A DNA stretch of 64,000 bases, from the NCBI GenBank assembly GCA_013239625.1, contig MU054212.1, positions 8,914,898 to 8,978,897 on the forward strand. Reading direction: 5' to 3'. Positions 12,061-24,418 of the stretch are shown one piece after another. Numbering within the stretch: the first letter of the stretch is position 1; each line of letters begins with the position of its first letter. The position numbers and the translations under genes were made by a program. The notes under the pieces were generated by a model that saw only the letters and a program-made list of their open reading frames with translations, did not search any database and was not told the origin of the DNA. Origin of the DNA: Lama guanicoe (lineage: Eukaryota).

Positions 12061-13043
12061 ACCACTAGCAATCTGTGTGACAGCAAAACAAAACTGAAGT
12101 AATGCAAAGTTCATCAACAGTGGAATGGATAATTATATTATGTTCATATAATAGAATACTACACAGCACTGAAAACATACGGTTATACCCATGTAGCAAC
12201 AAGGATGAATCGCACAAACACCTGTGAAAGAAGTGAAAGAAGACACAAGATTACCTACCGTAATTCACCAAGTTCAAGTACAGGGAAAACTATGATTTTA
12301 TAAGTTAAAATAGCAGTTACCTTTGGTGATAAGGAGGTTTTAGTGGCTAGTTGGGGGTAATGTTCTATTTTTTTAAAACTCTGGTTGCATGGCTGTGTTC
12401 TTTGTATATTTTTCTAAATGTGACATTTTAATAATAATTTTTTAAAAGTACTTAAAAACACAGAGAATGCAAGCGGTTAGTATAGAATCTCTCGGCATTT
12501 GCCATTGGAGAGTTAGCTGTCTGGAAAAGAGGGAGGTGATGTTTAAGTTCCTGACTTGTGCTTATCCCTGAGCACAGTGAGAGCTGTAGCATCGTGGTCT
12601 CTGTGGAGCCCGAGGACCAGGAAGCAGTGAGGTATCCATTTCTGTGGCCCTTTGTCTTCCTTGGAGACACCAGAGCTCTCCTCTTGATCCATAATAGATG
12701 ATTCTGGCAGTGTGCGGCGTGCAGTGGGCAGGAGGCAGGAAACCGAAGGCTCCTGGTCCTCTCTCCTTCCCCCTCTCCCTCCCCATCCTATTTTCTTACT
12801 CTGCTGCAGAGTCAGGAGTCTTGCTGGGGAGCCCACGCCCACGGATGAAAAAGACAGAAGGACATTTATTTTGAAAAAAAGGACAGATGTAAATTAGTAT
12901 TTTGTAGACGGAGACACAAATGCTAAGACTTCAGAATGTGGGGAACTGAAACCCAGTGGGCAGTTGAGAGGACTGCTTTGAGAAGGCAAGAATTCCATTT
13001 CCAGAAGCTGAATGAAAAGATGTTAACAATTTTATTCAGGGAC

Positions 13044-13465
13044 TGTTACAGGCTGAATATTTTTGTCCCCACCCTGTCACCTTCCACTTCGTATATTGAA
13101 GCCTCCAAACTCCGGTCTGATGGTATTTGGGGAGGGGACCTCCGGAAGGTGATGGATTTAGATGAAGTCATGGGGGTGGGGCCCCGTGATGGGGATAGCG
13201 CCCTTACATTTACCTAACAGAGATTTTGTGCTCTTATAAGAAGAGAAAAGGGCAGGGGGGTATCCTCTCTCCCTACACACACACCAAGGAAAGGCTATGT
13301 GAACTCACATAGAAGCCAGCTGTTGACAAGTCTGGATGAGATTCCTCACCAAGGACTGAATCTGCCGGCTCCTTCATCTTAGACTTCCCAGCCTCTGTGA
13401 GAAATAACTTGCTGTGGCTTAAGTCACCTAGTCTACAGTGTTTTGTTCTAGCAGCCCGAGCTGTG
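13044..13465 (+). mobile_element. MaLR solo LTR (MLT1A/A0-like)
   Basis: tgttacaggctgaatatttttgtcccc...tatattgaagcc...gatggtatttggggagggg...cttcccagcctctgtgagaaataa...ttaagtcacctagtctacagtgttttgttctagcagcccgagct. Confidence 0.85.
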
Positions 13466-14489
13466 GCGAAGGCTGGGAAATCAAACCTCACTTGGTCTAA
13501 AGGCACTGCTTCCCGCAGGCTGGGGCAGCTGCCTCTTCCCTGGGGCATTTGTGCAGTAGTATTGGCTGGGACCACTCGCAGTCCAGCCAGGTCCATCTTT
13601 TCTGAGCATGGTGGTCACAATAAAAAAAAATGCCCTTTGTAAGCACTAGGGTTTTCAGCCTGGCCCTATCTTGGTAATGAGACAGTCAAGTAAAGAAACG
13701 AAAAACTCGAGTTTCTGGAAACAGAACGATTCAAATATGCATGCCAGTCGCATAATTAGGTTGACCTCCAAATCAGGGTTTCCCTTTTACGTTTTGCTGA
13801 TTTTCAGTTGAACCAAAGAAGTTAAAACATTTTATTTACTCCTAAAAAAAGTTATCGTAAAAGAATTTTGTCTTGGTTCTTAATTAGTGCCGCCTTCTCA
13901 CGTATCAAGTTGGAGTTGAAACTTCTTTTCTTCAATTTAACAGACAGTAAGTTGCAGGAGTATAGACTTTTCCCTGCAGATTTCACACTGATAAGTAGTT
14001 TAAATGGCTCTACTTCTTGAGAAAATAATACGGACTGACTTGATTGGTGAAAAACTCAAAAGAACGTCACTGGTTTAGGATACAGACTTAGTGGGAGCAG
14101 GTGCCCAGCCAGCCCACACTCCAGCGTTCTCTGCTCTGAGTCTGACATTTTAATCCAGTGATTCAAGGGTCTGCAACCACCAGTTATCTGGACCAGCCAA
14201 AAATAGGCACAAAATCAGTTGCTTTGCATGATATCTCTGCAAAGTGTGTCACGAGGTTTCTCTGAATTGGGAGATTTTCCTGCTAATTTGGGAAGCAGCT
14301 GAGGAGACTGACAGAGGTCCCGACTGTCACAGGAATCCACGCTGTTCCCCAAGGCAGCTCAGGTCTTCCCCTGGCTCCCCAAAGTCAGCCTTTTCCCACA
14401 ACAATGCTGATGGACTTCACCTTTATTTACAAAATTAAGAAAAAGTTGTATTCATTGAAGGCAAGTAAAATCCGCTGAGTACTGGCAAA

Positions 14490-14780
14490 GCCCGATTGGA
14501 GTTTTGTGAGGATCAGATGAACTGATACATAAGTAACACCTAGATCGTACTTGGAATATAGTAAATTCTCAAAAAATAGTTAGTCGTGTAGGCAGATTGT
14601 GTACTGGCCATGGTGAGGAGCTTCACCTGCAAAATCTTGGCTCCTCACAATAGTTCTACAAGACGGTTGGCGGTATTTATTTTATTGATAAGGAAGAAGA
14701 GCCTCAGAGAAGTTAAGTAGTTTATGTCAGGTCACACAGCCGCTGAATGACAGCACTGGGGACTGGATCCAAGTCTGTCT
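14490..14780. mobile_element. Two MIR fragments (sense 3' end then antisense copy)
   Basis: gttttgtgaggatcagatgaactgatacataa...; ttttattgataaggaagaagagcctcagagaagttaagtagtttatgtcaggtcacacagc. Confidence 0.7.
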
Positions 14781-14816
14781 TCTCCTTCTCCACCACCACC
14801 ACCACCACCATATTCC

Positions 14817-15319
14817 TGTTACTGAGTCCAAACTCGTTCTGCTCGCTGCGCAACAGGCCAATAAATCTGGAGATGAGGAATAGGAAGAACAACTTTATTT
14901 GAAAAGCCAGCAGACTGAGAAGATGGCAGACTAACGTCCTGGAGAACCATCTTTCCCAAGTCAGGATTCAGGCTCCTTTTATACTAAGAAGGGGGTGGGG
15001 TGTGTTTGGTTGTTGCAGACTTCTTAAGGTCGGAGTTCTTTGTTTTTGCATCTGTCCACAGCATGATGTTCCTGTAAACCTCCAACAAGACAAATGTTAC
15101 TTTCCATTCTGCAACGTTTTAATCTGTATATGAACAGAAACGTGTTTTACCCTGTAAGGTCAGAGTCTTGAGAAGAGACCCTCCTGTCTATTTCAGGCTA
15201 CAGGCAACTTCTTTTAAAAAGGTGCAGAACCAGCGTGACTCAGCGCAGAAAACAGAGCACAGGGTTAGAGCTAAAGGAACAGAATGAATATGGAGTCAGA
15301 TTTGTTCTTCTCTGTTACA
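14817..15319 (-). mobile_element. ERV1-class solo LTR (cetartiodactyl type), 503 bp
   Basis: TG...CA termini (tgttac...tgttaca); flanks TTCC/TTCT (4-bp TSD, 1 mismatch); minus-strand TATAAAA (about 14977-14983) and AATAAA (about 14894-14899); U3 start TGTAACAGAGAAGAACAAATCTGACTCCATA on the minus strand. Confidence 0.88.
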
Positions 15320-15433
15320 TTCTCTCTAAAACTATTTCTCACAGTGGGATCTGGGCCTCATGGAAGATTTGTGGAAGTTTTCTTATGGAGGTTGTTGTCT
15401 CTGAGTTTGTAGTTTGAAAAATACTGCTTTGTG

Positions 15434-15660
15434 CAAGAGGTTGACAAAATGTTTTCGGTAAAGGACCCGATAGTATGTTATGTTCATGCTCTGTGGGCCA
15501 TGCGGTCTGTGTTGCAGCTACTTAACTTTTCTGCTGCAGCTCACACCCTGGGCAATATTTAAACAGGTGGATATGCCTACCTTTGAACAAAACTTTATTT
15601 ATGGACAGACACCAGTGATGGGCTGGATTTGGTCTGCAGGCTGTTGTTTGCTGACCCCTG
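15434..15660. mobile_element. MER58A-like hAT-Charlie DNA transposon
   Basis: caagaggttgacaaaatgttttcggtaaagg...aaaactttatttatggaca...gggctggatttggtctgcaggctgttgtttgctgacccctg; terminal inverted repeats of the cagggg/cccctg type. Confidence 0.85.
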
Positions 15661-15779
15661 CTTTATTCCATGCTGCCTTCTGTTCTCTTCAAACCCCTAC
15701 ATCCTTGAGGGCTCCAGCTTCTCTGTCTGTCTTCTTGGAAGCTTCTACTCTGTCTGCTCAATTGTCACATTCTCTAAAG

Positions 15780-16620
15780 TTCCTGACCTCATGGAACTGA
15801 TAATCTGGTGAGGAGACAGACAAGAGTATGTCAGGTGGTGAAGGGTAAGAAGAATGGGGCAAGAGGTTGGAGAGTGACAAGGCTGCCATTTTATGCGGAG
15901 CCTCAGGGGGAGTGGTCCAGCCAGAACAGCAAGTGCAAAGGCCCTGAGGCAGGCTTGTTCCTGGCATGTCTGAGAAACAACCAGGAATCCAGAGTGGCTG
16001 GGGTGCCGTGAGTGAAGGGAAAGAGTGGTGGGAGAGAGGCAGACAGATCAGGGGCAGTTCACTCAGGCCTTGTAAGTCATTGCAGGGCATTATAATAGGT
16101 GGCCACTGGAGGGAGGGTTTGAGCAGCAGAGTGTCATGATCAGACTCACGGTACAAAGGGTCCCTTTCAGTAGCTGGGTGGGGAAAGTCTGTAGGGTGAG
16201 AAGAGGTGGATGCTGGGAGCCATTTGGGAGGATAATGGTGGGGGAATCCCACAGATTGTGAATGTATTATGAAGTCAGAGCCACGTGCTTTCCCAACAGA
16301 TTTAGTAGGGTATGGGAGGTAAATGGGGTCAAAGATAACTTGAGGTTTTGGCTAGAGCAGGTGGAAGGTCAGAGCTGCCCTTTGCTGAGATGAGAGGGCT
16401 ATGAGAGCAGATCGGTGGGGACGATGAGGAGATCAGTTTGGATGTGTTATGTTGGGGCCATCAGTTGGCTATCCAAGTGCAGATGTCAAGTGGACAGGGG
16501 GTTTTCAAGTTAGGAGTTTAAACAGGGGCTGTACCAATGAGAGTCAGCAAGGGATGGGCTGTCTTGAAAGCCAGGGGTCAGCTGGGATTGCCTAGGGAGT
16601 GAATGCAGGGAAAGGGTGGG
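15780..16620 (-). mobile_element. L2 (L2a-like) fragment, possibly continuing at 16980-17160
   Basis: tcctgacctcatggaactgataatctggtgaggagacagac...aacagcaagtgcaaaggccctgaggcagg...ctatccaagtgcagatgtcaagtggacag. Confidence 0.8.
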
Positions 16621-17186
16621 CCAAGCTGGAGGCCATTATCCCTTCCTGCCCCATCCCCTGCCCCTGCCAGTTTCACACCTCAAGACTCTTAACTAAAACT
16701 TCCTTTCTAGTCTGCTATCTACAGAGCTACTAGGGATCCCTGGAGCTCAGCACCAGCCACGTCCTCCCGCCGGACACCTTTGGTGTGTCTGTGCAGCCTG
16801 CAGGGCAGTGTGCAGGTGCCAGTCCCTCTCCTGCCCCAGTGTTCACCCACACTCTGCCCGTGGGCAAAGCGGAGTGAAGTTCTGCTGCTGTCCTTACCTG
16901 TCCTCAGTCTCCATGGTTCTTCCCATCTGGAAACACCACTCCCTTTCCCAACGTTATGTAATAAGTATGTGGCCACTGTGCTAAAGACATGAAAAGATTC
17001 CAGAGAGATGTAAATTGTTGTAGTGTGAAGACTGACATCCTTTAAAAATATTCTCTCATGATGATGAATGAAGAAGGTGTCAGAGATGTGACTATATTAG
17101 GGAGATGCAGAGAGAGAGTGGGTGAGCTGAGTTTTAGCCATGAAAGAAGTGAACGGGCCTGGAGGAGGGATGAGGTCAGCTGGCGC

Positions 17187-18145
17187 TGTTGCCAAAACTC
17201 GGCCTCTGTACCCCAATTACTGAATTAAGACTGGAGGACAGAGTTCTGGATGAGGTCGAAAAGACAGCTTTATTTCTTTGCCAGGCAAAGGAAGTCACAA
17301 TGGGCTAATGCCTCCAAGACTGTGAGCCTACTGGGGAGAGAAGAGAGGGGGTTTTATCGTAAAATTTCAAGTGTTCACGGGGGCAGTGCTGGTTTCCACA
17401 GAGACTGCACACAGGGTGATGATTTGTTGCAAAGTTTTTCTTGTTTTTGCAGATGCAGCAGTCCCCTTCCTTTGGCTGGGTGTGTTGTTTTGTCTCTGGC
17501 CTTGGGAATCTCCTAATATTCTTGTGCCTAAAACGAAAGGTGCTTTGGAAGGGGGTCTGTGGAAAAGTGCTCTAGAGAAAACTTGTGCAGTTTAAAATCA
17601 GGCTGGTAAAAGCTTCTAGCATTTTAGGCAGGCTGAGGCCTGGGACCTCTTGCTGCAGTGTTTGTACTGGCTGGGACCTGCACCTCGAACAACAGCATAC
17701 AGAGAAACCACAAGGGACTAAAAACAATAGCTGACATACACGGTTGGGGTGAGTTATGAACAAGATGCACAAAACATCCTGCTGCTGTTTCTGAGGTGTT
17801 GGGAGCAAAAGCAGGGCCCTACACATGATCCGTGCACACAGCACCCCCAGGAGGATGGGCAGTCCACCCAAAGCACCGTCCCCACCTTCTAGCCCAACCC
17901 TGGTCAGCAACAACGTGAGAAAGGCCATTTATACTGTTACACAGTTAGGCAGTTACAAATACCATATGGTCACCAATAACGATATTCCCCACTCTAAATT
18001 CATTCCTTCCATTTGGTGGTAGTATTTAGCCTCTGAAAAACGCATGAGATACTCTTATTTAGGTACTTCGGAGAGGAGCTACAGCAGAGAATATGGGGGA
18101 AGGGGTCTGCCCCAGGAAGGCCCCATAAGGTCCTGCTTCGTAACA
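17187..18145 (-). mobile_element. ERV1-class LTR (second family), apparently interrupted by another LTR fragment
   Basis: TG (tgttgcc) ... CA (gtaaca) ends; 4-bp TSD GCGC/GCAC (CpG decay); minus-strand AATAAA near 17268-17273; minus-strand start TGTTACGAAGCAGGACCTTATGGGGCCTTCCTGGGGCAGACCCC. Confidence 0.8.
17558..17905 (+). mobile_element. Nested ERV LTR fragment in the opposite orientation
   Basis: Begins tgtggaaaagtg...; contains agaaaccacaagggactaaaaacaatagctg...gttggggtgagttatgaacaagat...ctgctgtttctgaggtgttgggagcaaaagcaggg, which I recognise as a different artiodactyl LTR U3. GGTC occurs on both sides (17554-17557, 17902-17905). Confidence 0.55.
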
Positions 18146-19293
18146 GCACTGTGGTCCTGTCCAAGGGTGGTGAGCAGTTCCCAGTAAGACTTCAGATGTC
18201 TTAGGGTTGCCTGCAGGGACCCACGAGCTGCATCCTAACAGGAGGGGGAATTCCTGGGAATAACTTAAGCAGGGTGCCCAGGGCACTGCTGGGCCCACCC
18301 CGAGCAGCCTGAGGCTTAGGAAGGGCAAATAGCTTTCTCATGCTTCTGCCAAGTGAAATCGACTGATAATGCCTGCTTGGGTGCAGTCTTGAAGTCAGGT
18401 CCCAGGAGAAAGAATTTGATTGATTAGTCATGTCTACCAGAGAGTGTGTGGGGCTGGGGGCCCCTGGTCCCAGGGTGTTTCTGAACTGAGAGGCTGCCCT
18501 AAGTCCAGGAGTGCTCTGTGCTCCCCACACACCCCTGGGGAATCATGCAGCCTGAACCTGACACCCAACAAGTTAGATTTGGCTTGAAATTAACCAACTG
18601 AAGTGCAAAGTAACCAAATTTATTAGCTTTTAAATAGTCACAGGTTTTCTCCTAGTGCTTTGGAGGTGACCCTTAACATTGCTGTGGTCTGTGTTTTTAC
18701 ATCACAGAGTGAATTACACAGAAACTTCTAAAGTGAACACAAAGCATTTGAGAGAAAAAAAAAGATCCCAAGGAGCAGGAGATTTTCTTCACCAAAAGGA
18801 AATAATGTTTGTGAAAGTATTTCAAGCGCTGTAAAGTGCCCTATAAATGTAAAGATTTATTACTATGCGTTGCTGGAGGAAAACCAGCTCATAATAATGC
18901 TTAGAGTTATAGAAAAGACTTCCTTACCACTTTTGCTTCCTGCAATTAAGTTCTTCCTCTTGAAACTGGAGGAGAACCTCCGAGGACGGGCTTTGCCTGA
19001 CCTGGATAAAGTCCTTGCTGGTGCAGGCAGGCTGAAGGCAGGGGCATGTGCCTGGCCGGGGCTCATGGTCCACCATTTTGGTGGCCAGTTTTTCCAGGGG
19101 GATCCAGCCTGTGAAAAGTTGGCTGTTGCCTCCCGTGCTTGTGTAAGTTGGCTTCCTATGGGGAGGCCAAGCTACTCTTGGAAAATGACCGTCTGCTGGA
19201 CAGAAGGACTCTGAACTAGACATTCCCTGCTCCCTCCTGAACCTTCCCCCACTCCCTTTCAGTACCTATTACATCCGGAACACAAATACTTTT

Positions 19294-19386
19294 TTTTTTT
19301 TATTGTAGATACTGGGGATTGAACCCAGGACCTTGTGCATGCTAAGCGCGTGCTCTCCCACTGAGCTATGCCCACCCCTTCCCCAC
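19294..19386 (-). mobile_element. vic-1-like tRNA-derived SINE (camelid), short form
   Basis: Minus strand GGGGAAGGGGTGGGCATAGCTCAGTGGGAGAGCACGCGCTTAGCATGCACAAGGTCCTGGGTTCAATCCCCAGTATC + poly(A); A box TAGCTCAGTGG, B box GGTTCAATCC; TSD CAAATACTTTT at 19283-19293 and 19387-19397; TT|AAAA nick site. Confidence 0.92.
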
Positions 19387-19849
19387 CAAATACTTTTAAG
19401 TACTGATCTCTTTGTAAGGCTGTGCTTCTGATTTCCTCCAAAGAGATGTGTATCCAATTATTTCCTGTTTTCTTTAGTAAAGGGGTGAAAAATTGCAAAC
19501 AATAAGGTACAAATAATTTTCCCTGCTGGTATTTGTTAGAAACAGGCTACAAGATACTCTTTGTCAATAAGCATCCAAAAAACTTTTGAACTGGCAGATA
19601 ATTGAAGAATCTTCAAGAGGAGTATCTGAGCCACTGTTCTTGGATTCTGTATATATTCAGTTGACAAACAAACAGGATTGATTGTCCCAAACTAGACTAG
19701 AAGTTAGTCTCTCTATAGGGGCTCTTGTCCCTCTGAGTACATCAGATCAGAAGGTGAGCGATGCAGGGTTTGCTGGCCTGGGTGCTGCCCCCCACACATG
19801 ACTGTGTGGCTCATGTCAGATGCATGTCAGGAGTGGTTCTCCCATTCTA

Positions 19850-20598
19850 GCGATCTGGGTCCAATCAGTAGGCAGAGAGCACACAGTGATTTAAACAGGC
19901 AAAGTTTAATACAAAGAATTACCAAACCATAATCAAAGTGGGACTAAAGGATACATGAGAACTCCCAGTGGTGCCCCAGCGCTGGGGAAGTGCACCCAGG
20001 GCAGGACGGACCTGGAGGGGGTTCAGACCTTGATGGAGAAGGTGGAGTTGACCACACTGGGTGGCAGAGAATTTCGCTGGTCTTTAGTCACTGGGCACGC
20101 GGGAAGCAAGCCTCCAGAGTTCAGGCAGGGTGGGCGAGCTGCCCTGGTGCTGGTGCGGGGGTGCAGTGCGGGGGGGCACTCAGTGCGGGAGGCCTGGAGC
20201 ACAGGTGTCTGTCTGGAAGGCCATATTGTCAGCAGGACAGCAGGGGACGAGGCTCGGGGGAGGCAATGAGTGAGCTGGAATGGGGATGCCTGCGTGGGCA
20301 GGAGGCCTGGAGGGCCCGATGTCTGTCCTGAGGAGACTGTGGGAGGGCTGTGCAGGGTGGGGAGCTTGCTGGGAGACCGCACATCCAGGGTAGGGGGCCG
20401 GGTGGAGCTCCCCGGATGTCCTCACCTTGTACCACTAACTCTCTCCCCTGCAACCCCTCCCTCCAGCCCCCTCTGCTGAGAAAGCTGGACGCTGTGCTGC
20501 TGTGAAGGAGGAAGTCTTGAGGAATTCCTCCCATTATTGCAGAGCATGTGTTGTAGGGTGAATCTGGAGTTGAGAGGGAAATACATGGCTAACTGGCT
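19850..20598 (-). mobile_element. Ancient eutherian LTR (LTR78/LTR79-like)
   Basis: gggtccaatcagtaggcagagagcacacagtgatttaaacaggcaaagtttaatacaaagaatta at one end and gggtgaatctggagttgagagggaaatacatggctaactggc at the other. Confidence 0.6.
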
Positions 20599-23500
20599 TC
20601 CTCGGGTCCCCTTTCCTGCAGCGCCTGTGGCCTCAGGACATCTGTGAGGATGTAGGGTGCCCCCTCCCTCTGGGCTGCCCTGTTTGCCCTTGGGACGGGC
20701 TCACCCAGGGGCGGGCTCTGCTTAAAAGACCACAGCCTCTCCTCTGGCAGCTGGGGCAGCGGAGGACAGTGCGAAGGACAGCAGTCAAGGAGCGTCATGA
20801 CCCATGGGCCTGCCGCACAGCTTGGGGTGAAAGCATGTGTGTGTCAGGAACCGAGCAGCTGCAGGCCAGCGCTCTTGCCTGCAGCAGGAGTTAGGGCTTG
20901 AACTTGACCTTGTGGTTGGGGCAGTGCGTCTCTGCCGCTTACAGAGGGCACCTCACTCCCTCTCTCTTCAAGTCAACTGGAGAAGCAGAACACTCGAAGG
21001 ATGTGTGTTTCTGCCGTTCTGGACCACCGCTCCCATCCCAGCTTGGGCAGTTTCTGGAAGGAAGATTTCTTTATTGTCACAATTCAAGCACTGGGGAAGT
21101 TTCCATGCTTGTGGCCGCGAGGGCTGGACCCAGCTCTCAGGCCTGCGGGGTGTGGGTCTAGGTTTAGGTTTGGAAGGGCTAGGCCTTCTGCATCCCTCTG
21201 CCTGGGTCCAGCACCTGGGGATTCTGACGTCGCTGATCTGATTTGGGCCACTGGAATCGTTTCCCTGCACCAGCACCCCCAGCTCTGCCGTATGCTTTGA
21301 AAGTGCAGCCAAGGAGAGGACCCTTGGTTTCAGTCGCCACCCTCTTGGGCTCATGCTGTCCTCCATTTACCTGTTTGTGCGTCTTGCTCAGCTGTCACCT
21401 GAGAGCGTTTTAAAGGCAGACAGGAGTCCTGCTTTAGACACCAGTGAACACCGTGTCTCACATAAACCAGGTGCTCAATAACTCTTAAAAAACACAGACA
21501 AAGGAATTTAAGCATTCTCTCTCACTGTAAAGGTATTGTTTCCTTTCTGGAAGTTGGAGTGCCCATTGAAAAGCCTATGAAAAAGGTAGGTTAAGGCTGT
21601 TTTCTGGCTGAGCTTTCGTGGCTGCTAACTCCTGGTGCAGGGACCAGAATGTCTCAGCCTGAAGCCTCCGTGGTTGGCTTTACTGAGGGACAGTGAAGCT
21701 TAGTGAGGTGGCTGCAGGCCCCTCTCAGTCAAGGTCAGGATGCCCTGGACCAGAAAACCTGCTTTCTGACCGACCCTGAGAACTGTCACCGATAAGGTAG
21801 GTTTTGCTAGAATTCTCCAGTGTGAATGAGGCAGGGTTTGGGGAGAAAAGGCATTGTCCTGCCTGCCACTCTGGCTCTGAGCCTAGGGGCTAATTTAATT
21901 AATCCTGGAAGGGGCCCTGACAGCTGGTGAGAGGCATCCTGAAGCATTCAGCCCAGCACGCCTGGCTGTGTGCCCCTGTCTTCCCGTAGCTGTGCCTGAG
22001 GCCTGTCCCCACCTTCCTTGGCCTTGGGAGCACCTGTGAGTCTGCCGGCCCCGTTCTGGGCTTGCGGATGCACACGGGAGTCACCCAGCTGAAATAACCC
22101 TGACCTTGGAGTCCTCATGTCAAGGTTCCAGACCTGCCCAGCATTTCTCAGCTCTGTCCCTTTGCTCCACCTTGGCTAGAGCCGTTTCCTCCTGCCTCAG
22201 GGAAGCGCCCAGCTTGCTCCACGGTGATGTCACTGCACACAGCCCTGTTCCCAGCCTCCAGGTGGGCAGACACATGGGCACTCCTCACAGACCTCCTCTG
22301 CTCCATAGGGAGCGGCAGCGCTGAAGGTATAGGGCACCTAACGCGTGAATGGCTCCCACCCGTCTGGCCATCACCCTCGGAGAGGGAGCATGAAGGTGTG
22401 TGAGAAGCAGGTATGCTTGTGCACATGATGGTCTGGGCATCTTGCTGCAAGGGTAGCCTGCGTGTTGGGGACAACCTTACAGGACACAGGACGTGTTCAT
22501 ACACCAGACACATCTGGTACTGCAGGGTCAGCCTGGCCAGGGCGTTTCTGTTAAACATCTGGGAACAATTACTCTCTGTGTAACCAAACTGTGTGGCGGC
22601 CACGAGCTACTCCACGTTTAGGTGAATTACAAAAACAAGCAGGCAGTCGGGCTCACAGGCTCCTCTGTGAAAACAGCAGATGTGAACTGTTGGCCAGAAA
22701 CACCTAAATGAATCCTTTTACCTGGAAAGGGACCTGAGCCAGGTCCTGTCACAAATGTGCCACTGCCTGTGGCTGGAGCCACTACAGCCGCTTCTGGGAC
22801 CCGAAGAAAATTTTGATTTTGACTTTTTGTCAAAGCCCACATTGTAGGGTGCTTTTTAGCTGTAAAGTATCTCTAGAACCCAAAAGATGACCGAAGACTG
22901 ATTTGAATCTCACAGGTGATAGTCTATAAATTCAGAATTTCAGTGGATTTTCACTCACCAGAAAATGTACTCTGTTTCAAATTTTCATTGATTCTAAAAC
23001 TCAATCCTCAACAATCTTAGATTGAAAGTTACTTTTATATCGAAGGTCAGATTCTCCAGACTTTCAGATGAGCTCAGAACATACCTAGAGCCGTGTACGG
23101 GTAGTTTTGACTCCAGAAAGGCACCTCCTGCATAATGAACGGGACCCCCAAGTCCTCCCGACCTGTTTACAGCGAGAGCCCTGCACCTGGCTGCTGCTGT
23201 GTAATGTGAATGATTTCAGATGAGCCAATGACTTGTTCTCTCCAAACACTTATCAAACACTAATTAAGGATGATGATCTATGTGGAGGTTTTTCAGGGAA
23301 TAGTGAAGTAGTGAAATATGGCTCACAAATGGAAGTTTTCGCTTTTGCTGTCTCCCGTGTGTGGCTCTTTGGAAGGCAGCCCCAGACAAGGTCTGTCTAA
23401 GAGACCTGTGGTCTTTGCTCAGGAGCAAGAGTGGTGGGCTTTTTTTTTTCTTTTCTGATTAAAAATAGACAAGTTGTAATTTAGAAAAACATGGACGCTT

Positions 23501-24009
23501 GTGGATTTTAAAATTGGATTGAAGATGTTGTGGTGAAGTGTCGGGACCAGTCTTTAATTACGGCTCTCACAAGCCCTGTACTTTGTCATGCCAGGTGGAG
23601 CGTGGGCATCATCGCCGAGCACCCTCTTAACCAGGGCATCAGGCATCTCTCCATGGAGCTTTCTGTTTCTATAGTGACAGAAAAGCAGAAACAGAGCGGT
23701 GCAGAGAATGCTGACTTGGGTACCTGGGTCGCTAAGGATCTTAAAGACGGCACAAACCTCAGTGAGCCCTGAGAGAAGGGAGTGTTCTGTTGAGGGGTTT
23801 CAGCTGATCACTGAACTAGGGCTGTCTGGTCACCGAGTTAAGTTAATGAATTACTAAGGGAAAGAAGTGGAGGAGAATACTCTGCTGATTTTGAAATCCT
23901 GTGATTATTGAGAAGAACATGAATGTTATGTATGGTTGACACTAAATAAAGAAACTGAACGTTTAATCAGAGAGTGTTTTAGGATAAAGGACCTTTGAGT
24001 CACCCGAGC

Positions 24010-24418
24010 CAGGGTCCAGATGCGTAATGGAGAGGAGCCAGGTGGGCAGGTGGCCCCAGGGGCCTGGAGAGCAATGCCTTAAATAAAGGGTGGGCGCTGC
24101 TTCAGCCTGGCCTCCTGGGCCTGGAAGGGTTGGGCCTGGGTTTCTAGATCTTCAAGAGAAGCCGGAAACTTGGACTTTCATGTAAATCTTTTAACTGTTG
24201 GCAACTAAGCATTTATTTTAAAATGTCTCACAGAGAAAAAAATGTGACAATGAATATATATATATTCATGTATAACTGAAAAATTGTGCTCTATGCTGGA
24301 ATTTGACACAACATTGTAAAATGATTATAAGTCAATAAAAAATGTTAAAAGATAAAATAAAATAAAATGTCACGTGAGCCAAACTGAGCATGACAGTGAG
24401 CTGCCAATTTGCGCTCTG
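24010..24418. mobile_element. MER102-like hAT-Charlie element, split by a young L1 tail
   Basis: agatcttcaagagaagccggaaacttggactttcatgtaaatcttttaactgttggcaactaa ... gagccaaac...gagctgccaatttgcgctctg. Confidence 0.65.
24228..24363 (+). mobile_element. Young, severely 5'-truncated L1 3' end
   Basis: TSD AAAATGTC at 24220-24227 and 24364-24371 with TT|AAAA; closely similar to 25779-25910. Confidence 0.9.

Larger units (their letters stand above)
9700..12447 (+). mobile_element. Ancient L1 (L1ME/HAL1-like): 5' region, decayed ORF1, ORF2 start, then 3' end
   Basis: A-rich ORF1-like text (accccaagcaggataaatgta...cttctgaaaaccaaagac...cacattaccttcaaag...ggtgaaataaaatcgtctccagac), an endonuclease-start motif (ctatcagtgattacattaaatgcaaatg, about 11435-11461) and an L1 3' end (gacccagccattccaccc...tcaacagtggaatggata). 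Boundaries approximate. Confidence 0.7.

Noticed and set aside
19305..19375. tRNA-like sequence (also 52770-52835)
   Set aside because: Poly(A)/AT tail, TSDs and an imperfect acceptor stem identify these as SINEs rather than tRNA genes.
11649..23468. Isolated MEF2-like sites TTAAAAATAG (11649-11658, 23459-23468)
   Set aside because: A degenerate 10-mer expected several times by chance in 64 kb; one lies inside an L1.
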